DNA from: Escherichia coli
GTDB taxonomy: Bacteria > Pseudomonadota > Gammaproteobacteria > Enterobacterales > Enterobacteriaceae
DNA: 64,000 bases
Assembly: GCF_050920415.1 (NCBI RefSeq)
Contig: NZ_CP169309.1
Strand: one strand, 5' to 3'
How positions within the stretch are numbered: position 1 is the stretch's first letter; every line of letters begins with the position of its first letter. Below, piece after piece: positions 25,806 to 36,700 of the stretch. Under the pieces are notes generated by a model. That model made no database searches. It was not told the origin of the DNA and saw only the letters and a program-made list of their open reading frames with translations. The translations under genes and the position numbers were made by a program.

Positions 25806-28044
25806 GATTTTCCCTTTCGTGTGGTGGCAAAGCCAGAATGCGGCGCAGTAGCGGCAGCATTAACGCGGCACGCTGTTCATCCCATATACCGCTGGTCTCT
25901 TCTTGCTGCGCGACACGCTCGCCCTGCGCGGCGCGTTCGCCTAACTGGCGGCGTTCCGGGCTGGAAAAACGGCCGAATGTCCGCCGCAGCATCGGCAGGA
26001 TCCGGGTGAAGTGATTGTCGTTCAGGCCGCTTAGCCAGGCATCGATCAACTGCCATAATTCGCTATTGTGCAGTAGCACCATCGCGCTGTCGTTGAGGAA
26101 ACCTTCCGCCCATGCGGCACTTTCCGCCGGGGGATTGGCTGGCGATAGCGCCAGGTTCATCAGCGTGGTGATCCGTTCTGTCGTTAACGTTTGCAGATCA
26201 AACAACAGGCGCGTCGCCGTTCCGCGAAGCAGCGCGTGTGCGGTACTGCCCTCTGCCAGCACCATCAACGCCTGCAACCAGCCCGCCAACAGATCTTCGT
26301 TATCCAGCAACCGCAGCGCGGCGTGAGCGTCGATAACTTTTTCTCTCATACTGGCGGCGCTGTCGTCGTTGAGCGCCGAACAGGCACCGGGTAGGGCGAT
26401 GGCGGCGCGCGGGGCGAGGCTCATCAGTACCTGCATTACCATACCAGAGTCGGTCTGGCGCACGTTGCCGTAGCGGACAATCGCCACCAGCGGTGCCAGG
26501 GCTTCCAGCAACTGTTCGATATTGCCCTGAGTGGCAGCCAGTGATTCCAGTGTATTGGCGATGGGGGCAATCGCGGCCTGTAAATCGGCCAGTAGCACTT
26601 GTTGGATAAGCTTTGCCAGTTCCGGCAGCGTGCTGGCGTATTGCGCCCTCACAATGGCATAGCGGGAGCTGGCCTGCTCAATGCTGTTACCCCAACGGCT
26701 GGCGGTAATGATGTTCATTGCCAGTGCCGGTTCCCAGCGCAGCGACCAGACTTCGTGGAACGTCCCTTTGCTGTTATTTCCTTGTCCAGCCAGACGGCCC
26801 CAGGAAATGTCGAGTAAGGTCAGGCGATGCAGTAAATGGCTACGCGCCAGATCGCCGGGTTTGCGCAGATCAAGATCCAGCACTTTTTCGCTGGCTTCTG
26901 CCTTCAGGCGCAGCGTTTTTTGCTGTTGCGTAATGTCGCGTTGGAGCGGCACGACGGGCGTATCATCCGGTACGCTTCCCAGCGCGTCGCCGACAATTAA
27001 CTTCTGGCGAATCATCTGCATTGGCGCGCTTTCGCCCATACACACTACGGTTTGCAGCGCTTCGCAAAGTTCGTCAAGCCCCGGCTGCGGGTGATGGCGC
27101 ATAATCGCCAGCGTCTGCGCCAGCCGCGCCGCTTCGATAATGTGGGCGCTGGAACAGTCGAGATCGGCTTCGCGAAACAGCCTTGCCGCGCGTGACAGCC
27201 AGCCGATATCGCGGTGAGAAGCGCCCTGATAACGCCACAGATGATCGTACCATTCCGGTGACACCACCCCTGCGCCATAACCGCTGGCGCGGCTTAACGC
27301 CTCGTAGCTCCAGGGCGTCCAGGCTGCCGCGACCTTGCACTTCGGCAAATTTTTCAGCAGTTCGTTATCATTCTTTGCGGGCGGCAGGTTTTCCAGCGCC
27401 GGAACGTGCCACGCACCGCAGACTACCGCGATGCGCGAGAAGCCCTCTTTTTTCGCCTGACGTAGCGTCTTGCGCATATACGCTTCACGCAGTTGATCTC
27501 TGGCTGAGTTTCGGGCTTCGGGAGTTGCCTGGCGTAGGGCAATCATCGCCTCGCGAATCGCCTCGAACAGAGACAAATCATCTTCGCGTTCCTCTACTCT
27601 GTGGCTCCACCAGCTTTCCCCATCGGTGTAACCGGCGGCGCGGCCCAGCCAGTCCAGCGGATCGCCGTCGGGACTGGCTTCAACGGCATCATCGTCATCG
27701 CTCTCTTTTTCGTCATCAAGCGCGAACTGATGACTGATGGGCAAGTCCATAAAGCGCACGGCGATATTTTGCTCAAAACCATAGCGCAGCGCCTGCCATT
27801 CCGGGGAGAACGCCGCAAAGGGGTAAAACGCGGCGTGATGTGAGTCGTCCGGGGCATAAATCAGTAGCGCGACCGGCGGTTGCATCTGTTCATGCTGCAT
27901 GAAAGGCAGGATGGATTCGCCGTCGGGCGGCCCTTCCACCAGCAGGCAGTCGGGCTGTAGCGTCTCCAGCGCCTTTCGCAGGCTGCGCGCGCAGCCAGGG
28001 CCATGGTGACGGATGCCAAACAAATGAACGGTTTGTTCAGTCAT
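25795..28044 (-). CDS. Large uncharacterised protein (749 aa) with N-terminal TraB/PrgY/GumN (TIKI)-like motifs; YehM-like by size and position
   Basis: N-terminal VHLFGIRHHGPG...DCLLVEGPPD and later RIAVVCGAWHVPAL resemble the two conserved motif blocks of the TraB/TIKI family; long helical C-terminal region; domain call from motif recognition only. Confidence 0.7.
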   Translation of the reverse strand: MTEQTVHLFGIRHHGPGCARSLRKALETLQPDCLLVEGPPDGESILPFMQHEQMQPPVALLIYAPDDSHHAAFYPFAAFSPEWQALRYGFEQNIAVRFMDLPISHQFALDDEKESDDDDAVEASPDGDPLDWLGRAAGYTDGESWWSHRVEEREDDLSLFEAIREAMIALRQATPEARNSARDQLREAYMRKTLRQAKKEGFSRIAVVCGAWHVPALENLPPAKNDNELLKNLPKCKVAAAWTPWSYEALSRASGYGAGVVSPEWYDHLWRYQGASHRDIGWLSRAARLFREADLDCSSAHIIEAARLAQTLAIMRHHPQPGLDELCEALQTVVCMGESAPMQMIRQKLIVGDALGSVPDDTPVVPLQRDITQQQKTLRLKAEASEKVLDLDLRKPGDLARSHLLHRLTLLDISWGRLAGQGNNSKGTFHEVWSLRWEPALAMNIITASRWGNSIEQASSRYAIVRAQYASTLPELAKLIQQVLLADLQAAIAPIANTLESLAATQGNIEQLLEALAPLVAIVRYGNVRQTDSGMVMQVLMSLAPRAAIALPGACSALNDDSAASMREKVIDAHAALRLLDNEDLLAGWLQALMVLAEGSTAHALLRGTATRLLFDLQTLTTERITTLMNLALSPANPPAESAAWAEGFLNDSAMVLLHNSELWQLIDAWLSGLNDNHFTRILPMLRRTFGRFSSPERRQLGERAAQGERVAQQEETSGIWDEQRAALMLPLLRRILALPPHERENHVE

Positions 28045-28061
28045 AGTGGTTGCCTTGCTGA

Positions 28062-29156
28062 TTACACAATTTCGCGGCAGGCGCGATAGAGATCGTTCCA
28101 GTCGCTGCGCTCTTTGACGATAGTTTCCAGATATTCACGCCATACCACGTCGTCCTGCACGGGATCTTTTACCACCGCGCCGATAAGGCTTGCGGCGATA
28201 TCCCGCGGATGCAGCACGCCGTCGCCAAAATGGCCCGCCAGCGCCATACCGTTGTTGATAACGGAGATCGCCTCCGCGGTGCTGAGAGTACTGGTTGGCG
28301 ACTTAATTTTCGTTTTGCCGTCAACCGTCAGGCCGTTTCGCAGTTCGCGGAAGATTTGCACGACTCGCTGGATCTCTTTAAGCGCTGGCGGTTTGGCAGG
28401 AAGTGCCAGCGCCTGACCCAGTTCGGCGACGCGGCGAGTGACAATGTTAATCTCTTCTTCTTCGCTGGCGGGTACGGGCAAAATGACCGTGTTGAAACGA
28501 CGTTTAAGCGCGGAAGAAAGCTCGTTAACGCCTTTATCCCGGTTGTTGGCGGTGGCGATAACGTTAAAGCCGCGCGTCGCCTGGACCTCTTCATTCAGTT
28601 CGGGGATAGGCAGCGTTTTTTCCGACAGGATCGTGATCAGCGTGTCCTGAACATCAGCAGGAATACGCGTCAGCTCTTCTACGCGTGCAATCTGCCCGCG
28701 CGCCATCGCCCGCATCAACGGACTTTCTACCAGCGCCAAACGTGACGGACCTTTAGAGAGCAACTCCGCGTAGTTCCAGCCATAACGCATTTGTTCTTCA
28801 CCGGTGCCTGCGGTGCCCTGAATAATTAACGTTGAGTCGCCGCTGATGGCAGCCGCCAGATGTTCAGATACCCAGGATTTCGCAGTGCCGGGTACGCCAT
28901 ACAACAGCAGTGCGCGATCGGTTGGCAGCGTGGCAACGGCGGTTTCGATAATCCGCCGGTTGCCGATATATTTCGGCGTGACCTCAAAGCCATTTTCCAG
29001 CTGCCCGCCCAACAGATAGGTGGCGACGGACCATGGAGAAATGGCCCAGTTTTCCGGGCGCGGATGAGTATCGTTTTTTTGCAGCTCATCCAGTTCTTCA
29101 GCAAATTGTTGTTCGGCATGTCGGCGTAAAACGGCGGCAGTAGCGGTAGCATTCAT
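28062..29156 (-). CDS. MoxR-type AAA+ ATPase (YehL-like)
   Basis: 364-aa ORF; Walker A GVPGTAKS; sensor-1-like FNVIATANNRD; ATGA overlap with upstream gene. Confidence 0.82.
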   Translation of the reverse strand: MNATATAAVLRRHAEQQFAEELDELQKNDTHPRPENWAISPWSVATYLLGGQLENGFEVTPKYIGNRRIIETAVATLPTDRALLLYGVPGTAKSWVSEHLAAAISGDSTLIIQGTAGTGEEQMRYGWNYAELLSKGPSRLALVESPLMRAMARGQIARVEELTRIPADVQDTLITILSEKTLPIPELNEEVQATRGFNVIATANNRDKGVNELSSALKRRFNTVILPVPASEEEEINIVTRRVAELGQALALPAKPPALKEIQRVVQIFRELRNGLTVDGKTKIKSPTSTLSTAEAISVINNGMALAGHFGDGVLHPRDIAASLIGAVVKDPVQDDVVWREYLETIVKERSDWNDLYRACREIV

Positions 29157-30757
29157 AAAGTGGTTTCTCCGACAAAAAGCGAATTAAGTTGAATTCGGTT
29201 CGCCAGCGCGGCGCTCAGGGCAGTAAAGGCTGCCTCGCAATAAGGCGTTTGTTGTGCGTCGTGCGGCCACTTGTCAATGACATCATTGAGGACTTCGGGG
29301 GCCAGCAGGCAGGCGAAATCACTCATCACATGGCGCAGGGCGTAGTCAAAGCGCGCGGAATCATATTTCACCCAACGGTGTAGCTCCGTGACCATTTGCT
29401 GGCTCAGGCGCAGGCTAAAGAGCGACGCATCCAGCGGTAACAGGCTGATGTAGCGATGTAAATGTTCGCCGCCCACCACTGAGAACAATGACCGTAACAT
29501 CGGCTCGTGTTCTTCTACAGGCAGACATTGCAAAAGCTCAAAGGCGTTAATCTTCACGCCTGCAGGATGATGAATGCTCATTCCGACGGGCAGCATGGCG
29601 AGAAACGCCTGCGCCCACTGCGGATTTTTTTCGCGCAGTACGGCGTGATACCAGGCGCGCAGTAGCGCCTTCTGCCAGTCGGTTTTCCCGGCCCAGCGCA
29701 GCAGTTCAACGGGGGTAGCCTGCAGTTGCGTTTGCCACCAGTCGAGCGGAACCGCTGCAACTATCTGATACAGCCACCATGCGCGCTGGCCCAACTTTTC
29801 GCCTTTGGGCTTAGTTTCTTCCAGCGCATCGGCCTTCCACTCTGGTAAGAACGCCTCCGGGGCATCAAGGGCGACGTGCAGCATTTTTTCTTTGCCGGAT
29901 AAGCCTTTTAGCCTTTCAAGTAAGGTCTCAGGAGCGGGGGATGAACTGAGCAACGGCGCTAACCGAGACTTCATGCGCGAGATCCAGGCGCTTTCCGGCA
30001 GACAACACAGTAACCGTGCCGCAGTTTGCCGCACCTCTTTGCTGCGATCGGATAATGTCTGTTCCAGAAAGGCTTCGTCGTGTTGGGAGATCTCCACTTC
30101 CAGCACAGCCAGCAGCTGTGCGCGTTCGCGGGCATCCAGCGAACTCATCTCCTGCGCCAGCCGATCGCGACCCTGTTCCGGGGCGCGAATGCGCATTTGC
30201 GTCAGATATTGCAGACGCTGTTCGGACGTGCCGTGCAGCCACATTTCTTCATCCAGCGGAGCGTCAACGGAGGCAAGAAAATAGCGCCAGTCGGCGTTAA
30301 TTTGCGCCAGCCAGCGCCCGCGAGCGCCGAGGACATTGGGCAGAATGCCGCGTATTGATGGATTTTGTACGCCGTAATTCAGCAGTGCCGGTAACAGCAG
30401 GGGCGGAGAAAGAAGCTGACGCTGGACCAGGTGATCAAGCGCTGACCACAGTAAACGCGGCGGCCCTTCTGCCAGCAACAGATGCAGCAGTCCCGCAAAA
30501 GCCGGGTTGTTTATTGGCTCGGCATTTTCTTTATCGATTTCCGGCAGCGGTGCGGGGTCAATCGCCTGCGGCACCCAGCCAGCCAGATGGCAGAGCGCCA
30601 GAACGCCCGCCGAGCGCAGTAGCTGTTGCTCTGCGGATGTGTTATTCGCCAGTTCAGACAGTAACAGCCCAATCTCACTTTGCGACGCCGACGGTGTGAA
30701 CGCTTTTTTGTCTGTGCCGAGTAGCGCTGTGCGGGTTAAATTTTGCCATTCGTTCAT
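29153..30757 (-). CDS. Uncharacterised protein (about 534 aa), helical, no recognised catalytic motif
   Basis: Long ORF (ORF track 29153-30778); preferred start ATG at 30757, which has GGAGG 7 nt upstream and forms an ATGA overlap with the stop of the SWIM gene. Confidence 0.7.
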   Translation of the reverse strand: MNEWQNLTRTALLGTDKKAFTPSASQSEIGLLLSELANNTSAEQQLLRSAGVLALCHLAGWVPQAIDPAPLPEIDKENAEPINNPAFAGLLHLLLAEGPPRLLWSALDHLVQRQLLSPPLLLPALLNYGVQNPSIRGILPNVLGARGRWLAQINADWRYFLASVDAPLDEEMWLHGTSEQRLQYLTQMRIRAPEQGRDRLAQEMSSLDARERAQLLAVLEVEISQHDEAFLEQTLSDRSKEVRQTAARLLCCLPESAWISRMKSRLAPLLSSSPAPETLLERLKGLSGKEKMLHVALDAPEAFLPEWKADALEETKPKGEKLGQRAWWLYQIVAAVPLDWWQTQLQATPVELLRWAGKTDWQKALLRAWYHAVLREKNPQWAQAFLAMLPVGMSIHHPAGVKINAFELLQCLPVEEHEPMLRSLFSVVGGEHLHRYISLLPLDASLFSLRLSQQMVTELHRWVKYDSARFDYALRHVMSDFACLLAPEVLNDVIDKWPHDAQQTPYCEAAFTALSAALANRIQLNSLFVGETTL

Positions 30758-32076
30758 TGTGCGCCTCCGGTTGCCCAAATCACGCTACCGGCAAGCCAGG
30801 CGCTACAGGGCGTCAGCTGCTGACCATCCCATTCCCCCATTAGCATAAACGGCGCGCCGCCGCTGGCCGCCAGTAACCGCCAACCCTCGTCCGACGACAG
30901 GTGCGTCGGTAAGTGCTGGCCCTGTGTCGAGACGAATCGCCAGCCGCTCTCGTGCGGGTAAATCAATATTTCGCTTACTCGCAGCGGCAGAGGCCATTGC
31001 CAGGGATTCGCGCTAAGCCGCTGCGCCATGTCATGCAGCGCGTCCGGGAGGGGTAATTCTGCAAGCGGGAATCTTTCACCGCGGGTAAACGGCTCCACAA
31101 TCCGCGCCCGTAGCGGTGATGCGCCAGGGAAAAAGGCAAGCGCGCCCTGGCAGACTTGCCCGGTGATAAAGTGCTGGGGAAAGTTTTTACCACCGTGTGA
31201 ATAGTCCAGCAGTAGCGCGGTGCGGTGGCTCTTTTCTCCGTACAGCCAGACCCGGCGTCGCCACAGATTATTCTCTTCTTGCGCGCTTTGGCCTAAGACC
31301 TGCCAGTTATCAAGGCAGGTTAGTCCGTCAGCGATGTCATGTTTATCCGGGGTTATTCCCAATGCTGCATGGAGATCGCTAAGTTGTGCCGGGGATAACA
31401 TTTGTTGCTGGCGCCAGGCGTCAATAATCAGCTGTAGCTGCCCCAGTTCTTTGCACAGGCTCGATGGCCATACCTCGGCGGTAGTAAAAAGAGTGGTCAG
31501 ATTGTTCAGGCGAGCGGCAATTCCCGGTAGTTGAGCGTCGACCATGCGGGCGGCGATCCCGGCAAAAGGCAACTGTTGTGCAGAGATCTGCGCCAGACCG
31601 TGGCGGATCAGGTCGTGCATCCACTGTTCGAGGAAATCCAGCCCCGCCGTCATTTTTTGGTTGCGTGCCGCTTCCCGTTTGGCGGCAGCCTGCGGGTCGG
31701 CAGCTTTTGCCTCAGCCTGCTCTTTCTTTTCTTCTTTGCGAACCGCTCGCTGCTGGCGCGAGGTTAGCCACTCGCTTACCCATTCCGGCGGCTCGCCAGC
31801 GGTGAAACTTGCGGTGTGTTGCACCTGGAGCAAAAGCAACGCAAGGCTATGTTTACAGGGGAATTTACGGCTGGGGCAGGAACATTTACAGGCCAGATCC
31901 TGCCTGTCGACCCGTACCTGATAAGGGCGGGAGCCGCTGCCTTTACATTCTCCCCAGAACGCGGTCTCGCTATATCCCAGCGTCGGCCATTTTGCGGGGG
32001 CAACCAGGCCACGAGCCGCTTTAACCGAGGCGTCATCGGGCGCCAGGGCTTGCACTGATTCAACGGTCAGTTCCAT
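30754..32076 (-). CDS. SWIM zinc-finger domain protein (YehQ-like), first gene of operon
   Basis: 440-aa ORF; CxCxnCxH signature in DLACKCSCPSRKFPCKHSLALL; remainder unrecognised. Confidence 0.75.
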   Translation of the reverse strand: MELTVESVQALAPDDASVKAARGLVAPAKWPTLGYSETAFWGECKGSGSRPYQVRVDRQDLACKCSCPSRKFPCKHSLALLLLQVQHTASFTAGEPPEWVSEWLTSRQQRAVRKEEKKEQAEAKAADPQAAAKREAARNQKMTAGLDFLEQWMHDLIRHGLAQISAQQLPFAGIAARMVDAQLPGIAARLNNLTTLFTTAEVWPSSLCKELGQLQLIIDAWRQQQMLSPAQLSDLHAALGITPDKHDIADGLTCLDNWQVLGQSAQEENNLWRRRVWLYGEKSHRTALLLDYSHGGKNFPQHFITGQVCQGALAFFPGASPLRARIVEPFTRGERFPLAELPLPDALHDMAQRLSANPWQWPLPLRVSEILIYPHESGWRFVSTQGQHLPTHLSSDEGWRLLAASGGAPFMLMGEWDGQQLTPCSAWLAGSVIWATGGAQ

Positions 32077-32239
32077 TACAATTCTCTATTGGCGTGGGGA
32101 AATCGATGGGGTCAAGGAGGCGTTAAGCAAAGCAGGAGGAGACTGTTTTCCGTAACAGCGTATTGCGCGTCCATCGCAAATTTGTAGTGAGTATAGCGGG
32201 CGGTAAATTCAGGAAACAATGGCGGATAGCGGAAAGTGT

Positions 32240-32298
32240 AGTTTTTCGGAAAAAGATAACTTTATCCCGTGTAACCCGTTTTAAGCGGGCTACACGGG
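32240..32298 (-). terminator. Putative terminator downstream of gltD
   Basis: Minus-strand hairpin CCCGTGTAGCCCGCTTAAAACGGGTTACACGGG 8 nt after gltD stop, followed after a spacer by a T5 run; U-tract not directly adjacent. Confidence 0.4.
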
Positions 32299-32308
32299 AG
32301 GCTGCAAT

Positions 32309-33739
<1,431 letters not shown>

Positions 33740-36700
33740 TTACTGCGCCTGCACGCGCAACTCTGCTGCGCTACGACTACGGTGACCCAGCAGTGCTTTT
33801 ACATCACTGGACTTCGGTTTAACCAGCGCAAATTTCGTGGCGAAGGTTGACCAGTTAGCCAGAATCTCTTCACCACGCTGGGAACCGGTATGCTGAACAT
33901 GCTCGGTGATAAGACCACGCAGATGCTCTTCATGGATCGCCAGGGAGTCAACGCTTAAGACCTCGACCAGTTCCGGGTTAACGCGTTTGCGGAAATCGCC
34001 GCTTTCATCGAGAACGTAAGCGAAGCCGCCGGTCATGCCCGCGCCGAAGTTAACGCCGGTTTTACCCAGAATACAGACAATACCGCCCGTCATATATTCA
34101 CAGCCGTTGTCGCCAATGCCTTCTACCACGGTGATAGCACCGGAATTACGCACGCCGAAACGTTCACCCGCGCGGCCTGCGGCATACAGACGACCACCGG
34201 TCGCGCCATACAGGCAGGTATTGCCGATAATGCTTGCTTCATGGCTGCGGAAGGCTGAGCCAACCGGAGGACGAATGGCGATTAAGCCGCCCGCCATGCC
34301 TTTACCGACATAGTCGTTGGCATCACCGGTCAGGTACAGTTCCACGCCGCCCGCGTTCCACACACCGAAGCTCTGGCCTGCGGTGCCGTTGAAGTACGCT
34401 TTAATCGGATCGGCTGCCAGCCCCTGATCGCCGTGCGTCTGGGCGATATAGCCCGAAAGCGATGCACCCACGGAACGGTCGGTGTTGCGAATATCGAACC
34501 AGAAGGTTTTGCTCTGACGCTCATCGACAAACGGTTTTGCCTGTTGCAGCAACTGCGCGTTTAGCAGGCCATTATCAAACGGCGGGTTGTTTTCGGTACA
34601 GTAGAGCGCCTTACCTGGATGCGGCTCGGCAGTCTCCAGCAGCTTCGACAGCGCCAGTTTCTGCTGTTTGGCGGTGAAACCGTCCAGCTCTTTGAGCAGG
34701 TCGGTACGGCCAATCAGATCCACCAGGCGCGTTACGCCCAGTTGCGCCATCAGCTCGCGGGTTTCACGGGCGATAAATTCAAAGTAGTTGGTCACTTTGA
34801 ACGGTAAGCCGTGATAGTGGTTCTTACGCAGTTTGTCATCCTGAGTTGCTACACCGGTGGCGCAGTTGTTCAGGTGGCAGATTCGCAGGTATTTACAGCC
34901 GAGCGCCACCATCGGGCCAGTGCCGAAGCCGAAGCTTTCTGCGCCGAGAATCGCCGCTTTGATGATATCGACACCTGTTTTCAGGCCGCCATCGACCTGC
35001 AAACGGATCTTATGACGCAAGCCGTTGGCAACCAGCGCTTGTTGTGTTTCAACAAGCCCCAGTTCCCACGGGCAGCCTGCGTATTTCACCGATGAAAGCG
35101 GACTTGCGCCAGTGCCGCCGTCATAGCCTGCGATGGTGATTAAATCGGCATAAGCTTTCGCTACACCTGTGGCGATGGTACCAACGCCCGGTTCGGACAC
35201 CAGCTTCACGGAGATCATCGCTTTCGGGTTGACCTGCTTGAGGTCGAAAATGAGCTGCGCTAAGTCCTCGATAGAGTAGATATCGTGGTGCGGCGGCGGG
35301 GAGATCAGCGTCACTCCGGGCACCGAATAGCGCAGTTTGGCGATGTAAGGAGTGACTTTGTCGCCCGGCAACTGACCGCCTTCGCCCGGCTTCGCGCCCT
35401 GGGCGACTTTAATCTGAATGACGTCAGCATTGACCAGGTACGCCGGAGTAACGCCGAAGCGACCAGAAGCCACCTGCTTGATGCGCGACACTTTGTTAGT
35501 GCCGTAGCGCGCCGGATCTTCACCCCCTTCACCGGAGTTCGAGTTACCGCCGATGCTGTTCATCGCTTCCGCCAGCGCCTCGTGGGCTTCCGGGCTTAAC
35601 GCGCCGATAGACATCGCAGCAGTATCGAAGCGTTTAAACAGTTCGCTTGCCGGTTCAACATCAGCAATGTTGACCGCGTTTTCACCCGGTGTAATTGCCA
35701 GCAGATCGCGCAGCGTGGTTGCCGGACGTTCATTAACCAGCTTCGCGTATTCCTGATAGTCGCTATACTCGCCGCTCTGTACCGCCTGTTGCAGCGTGCG
35801 CACCACGTCCGGGTTGTAGGCGTGGTATTCGCCACCGTGCACATATTTCAATAGGCCGCCCTGGCTGATGGGCTTGCGCGCCAGCCAGGCACGTTTCGAC
35901 AGATTCAGCAGATCCTGCTGGAAGTCTTCAAAGCTTGCCCCACCAATGCGGCTGACCGCCCCCTGGAAGCACAGGCCCACTACATCATCGTGCAGACCGA
36001 CCGCTTCGAACAGTTTCGAGCAGCGGTAAGACGCGATGGTGGAGATGCCCATTTTGGACATGATTTTGTACAAGCCTTTGTTGATGCCGTTACGGTAGTT
36101 GAGCATCACGGTACGATAATCTTTGGCAATCGCGTGGGTGTCTACCAGGCGGCCCAGCGTTTCATAGGCCAGGTACGGATAAATAGCCGTCGCGCCGAAG
36201 CCCAGCAACACGGCGAAGTGGTGCGGGTCGCGGGCGCTGGCGGTTTCGACGATGATGTTGGCATCGCAACGCAGGCTTTGATCGACCAGACGAGTCTGGA
36301 TCGCGCCAACCGCCATTGGGGCCGGAACCGGCAGGCGATCTTTAGCGATATTCCGGTCGGAGAGCACCAGCAGCACGGTGCCGCTACGTACCATTTTTTC
36401 GGCTTTGTCGCACAGCTCTTTGACCGTCGATTCGAGCGTGGTTTTAGTGACGTCAAAGGTGATATCCAGTGTATCTGCGCGGTAGTGCTCCTCTTTCATC
36501 GTCGTGAGCTGTTTGAAATCGGAGTAGAGCAGAATCGGCGATTTAAAACTTAAACGGTGCGCCTGGCCCTCTGCTTCACAGAAGACGTTCATTTCACGCC
36601 CGATGCTGGTGGCGAGCGACATAACATGCGCTTCACGCAGTGGGTCGATTGGCGGGTTGGTGACCTGGGCAAATTGCTGGCGGAAGTAATCGTAAATAAT

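Noticed and set aside
27183-27737. 184-aa plus-strand ORF (and similar ORFs at 28209-28745, 29805-30284, 30355-30699, 31544-31921) inside the island
   Set aside because: They lie antisense to or out of frame with long conserved-looking minus-strand genes in a GC-rich region, have Arg/Ser/Pro-rich low-complexity translations and no RBS; typical shadow ORFs.
24438-32308. Prophage, IS or integrative element as the origin of the island
   Set aside because: No integrase, transposase, terminal inverted repeats, tRNA attachment site or flanking direct repeats recognisable; boundaries coincide with ordinary intergenic spacers.
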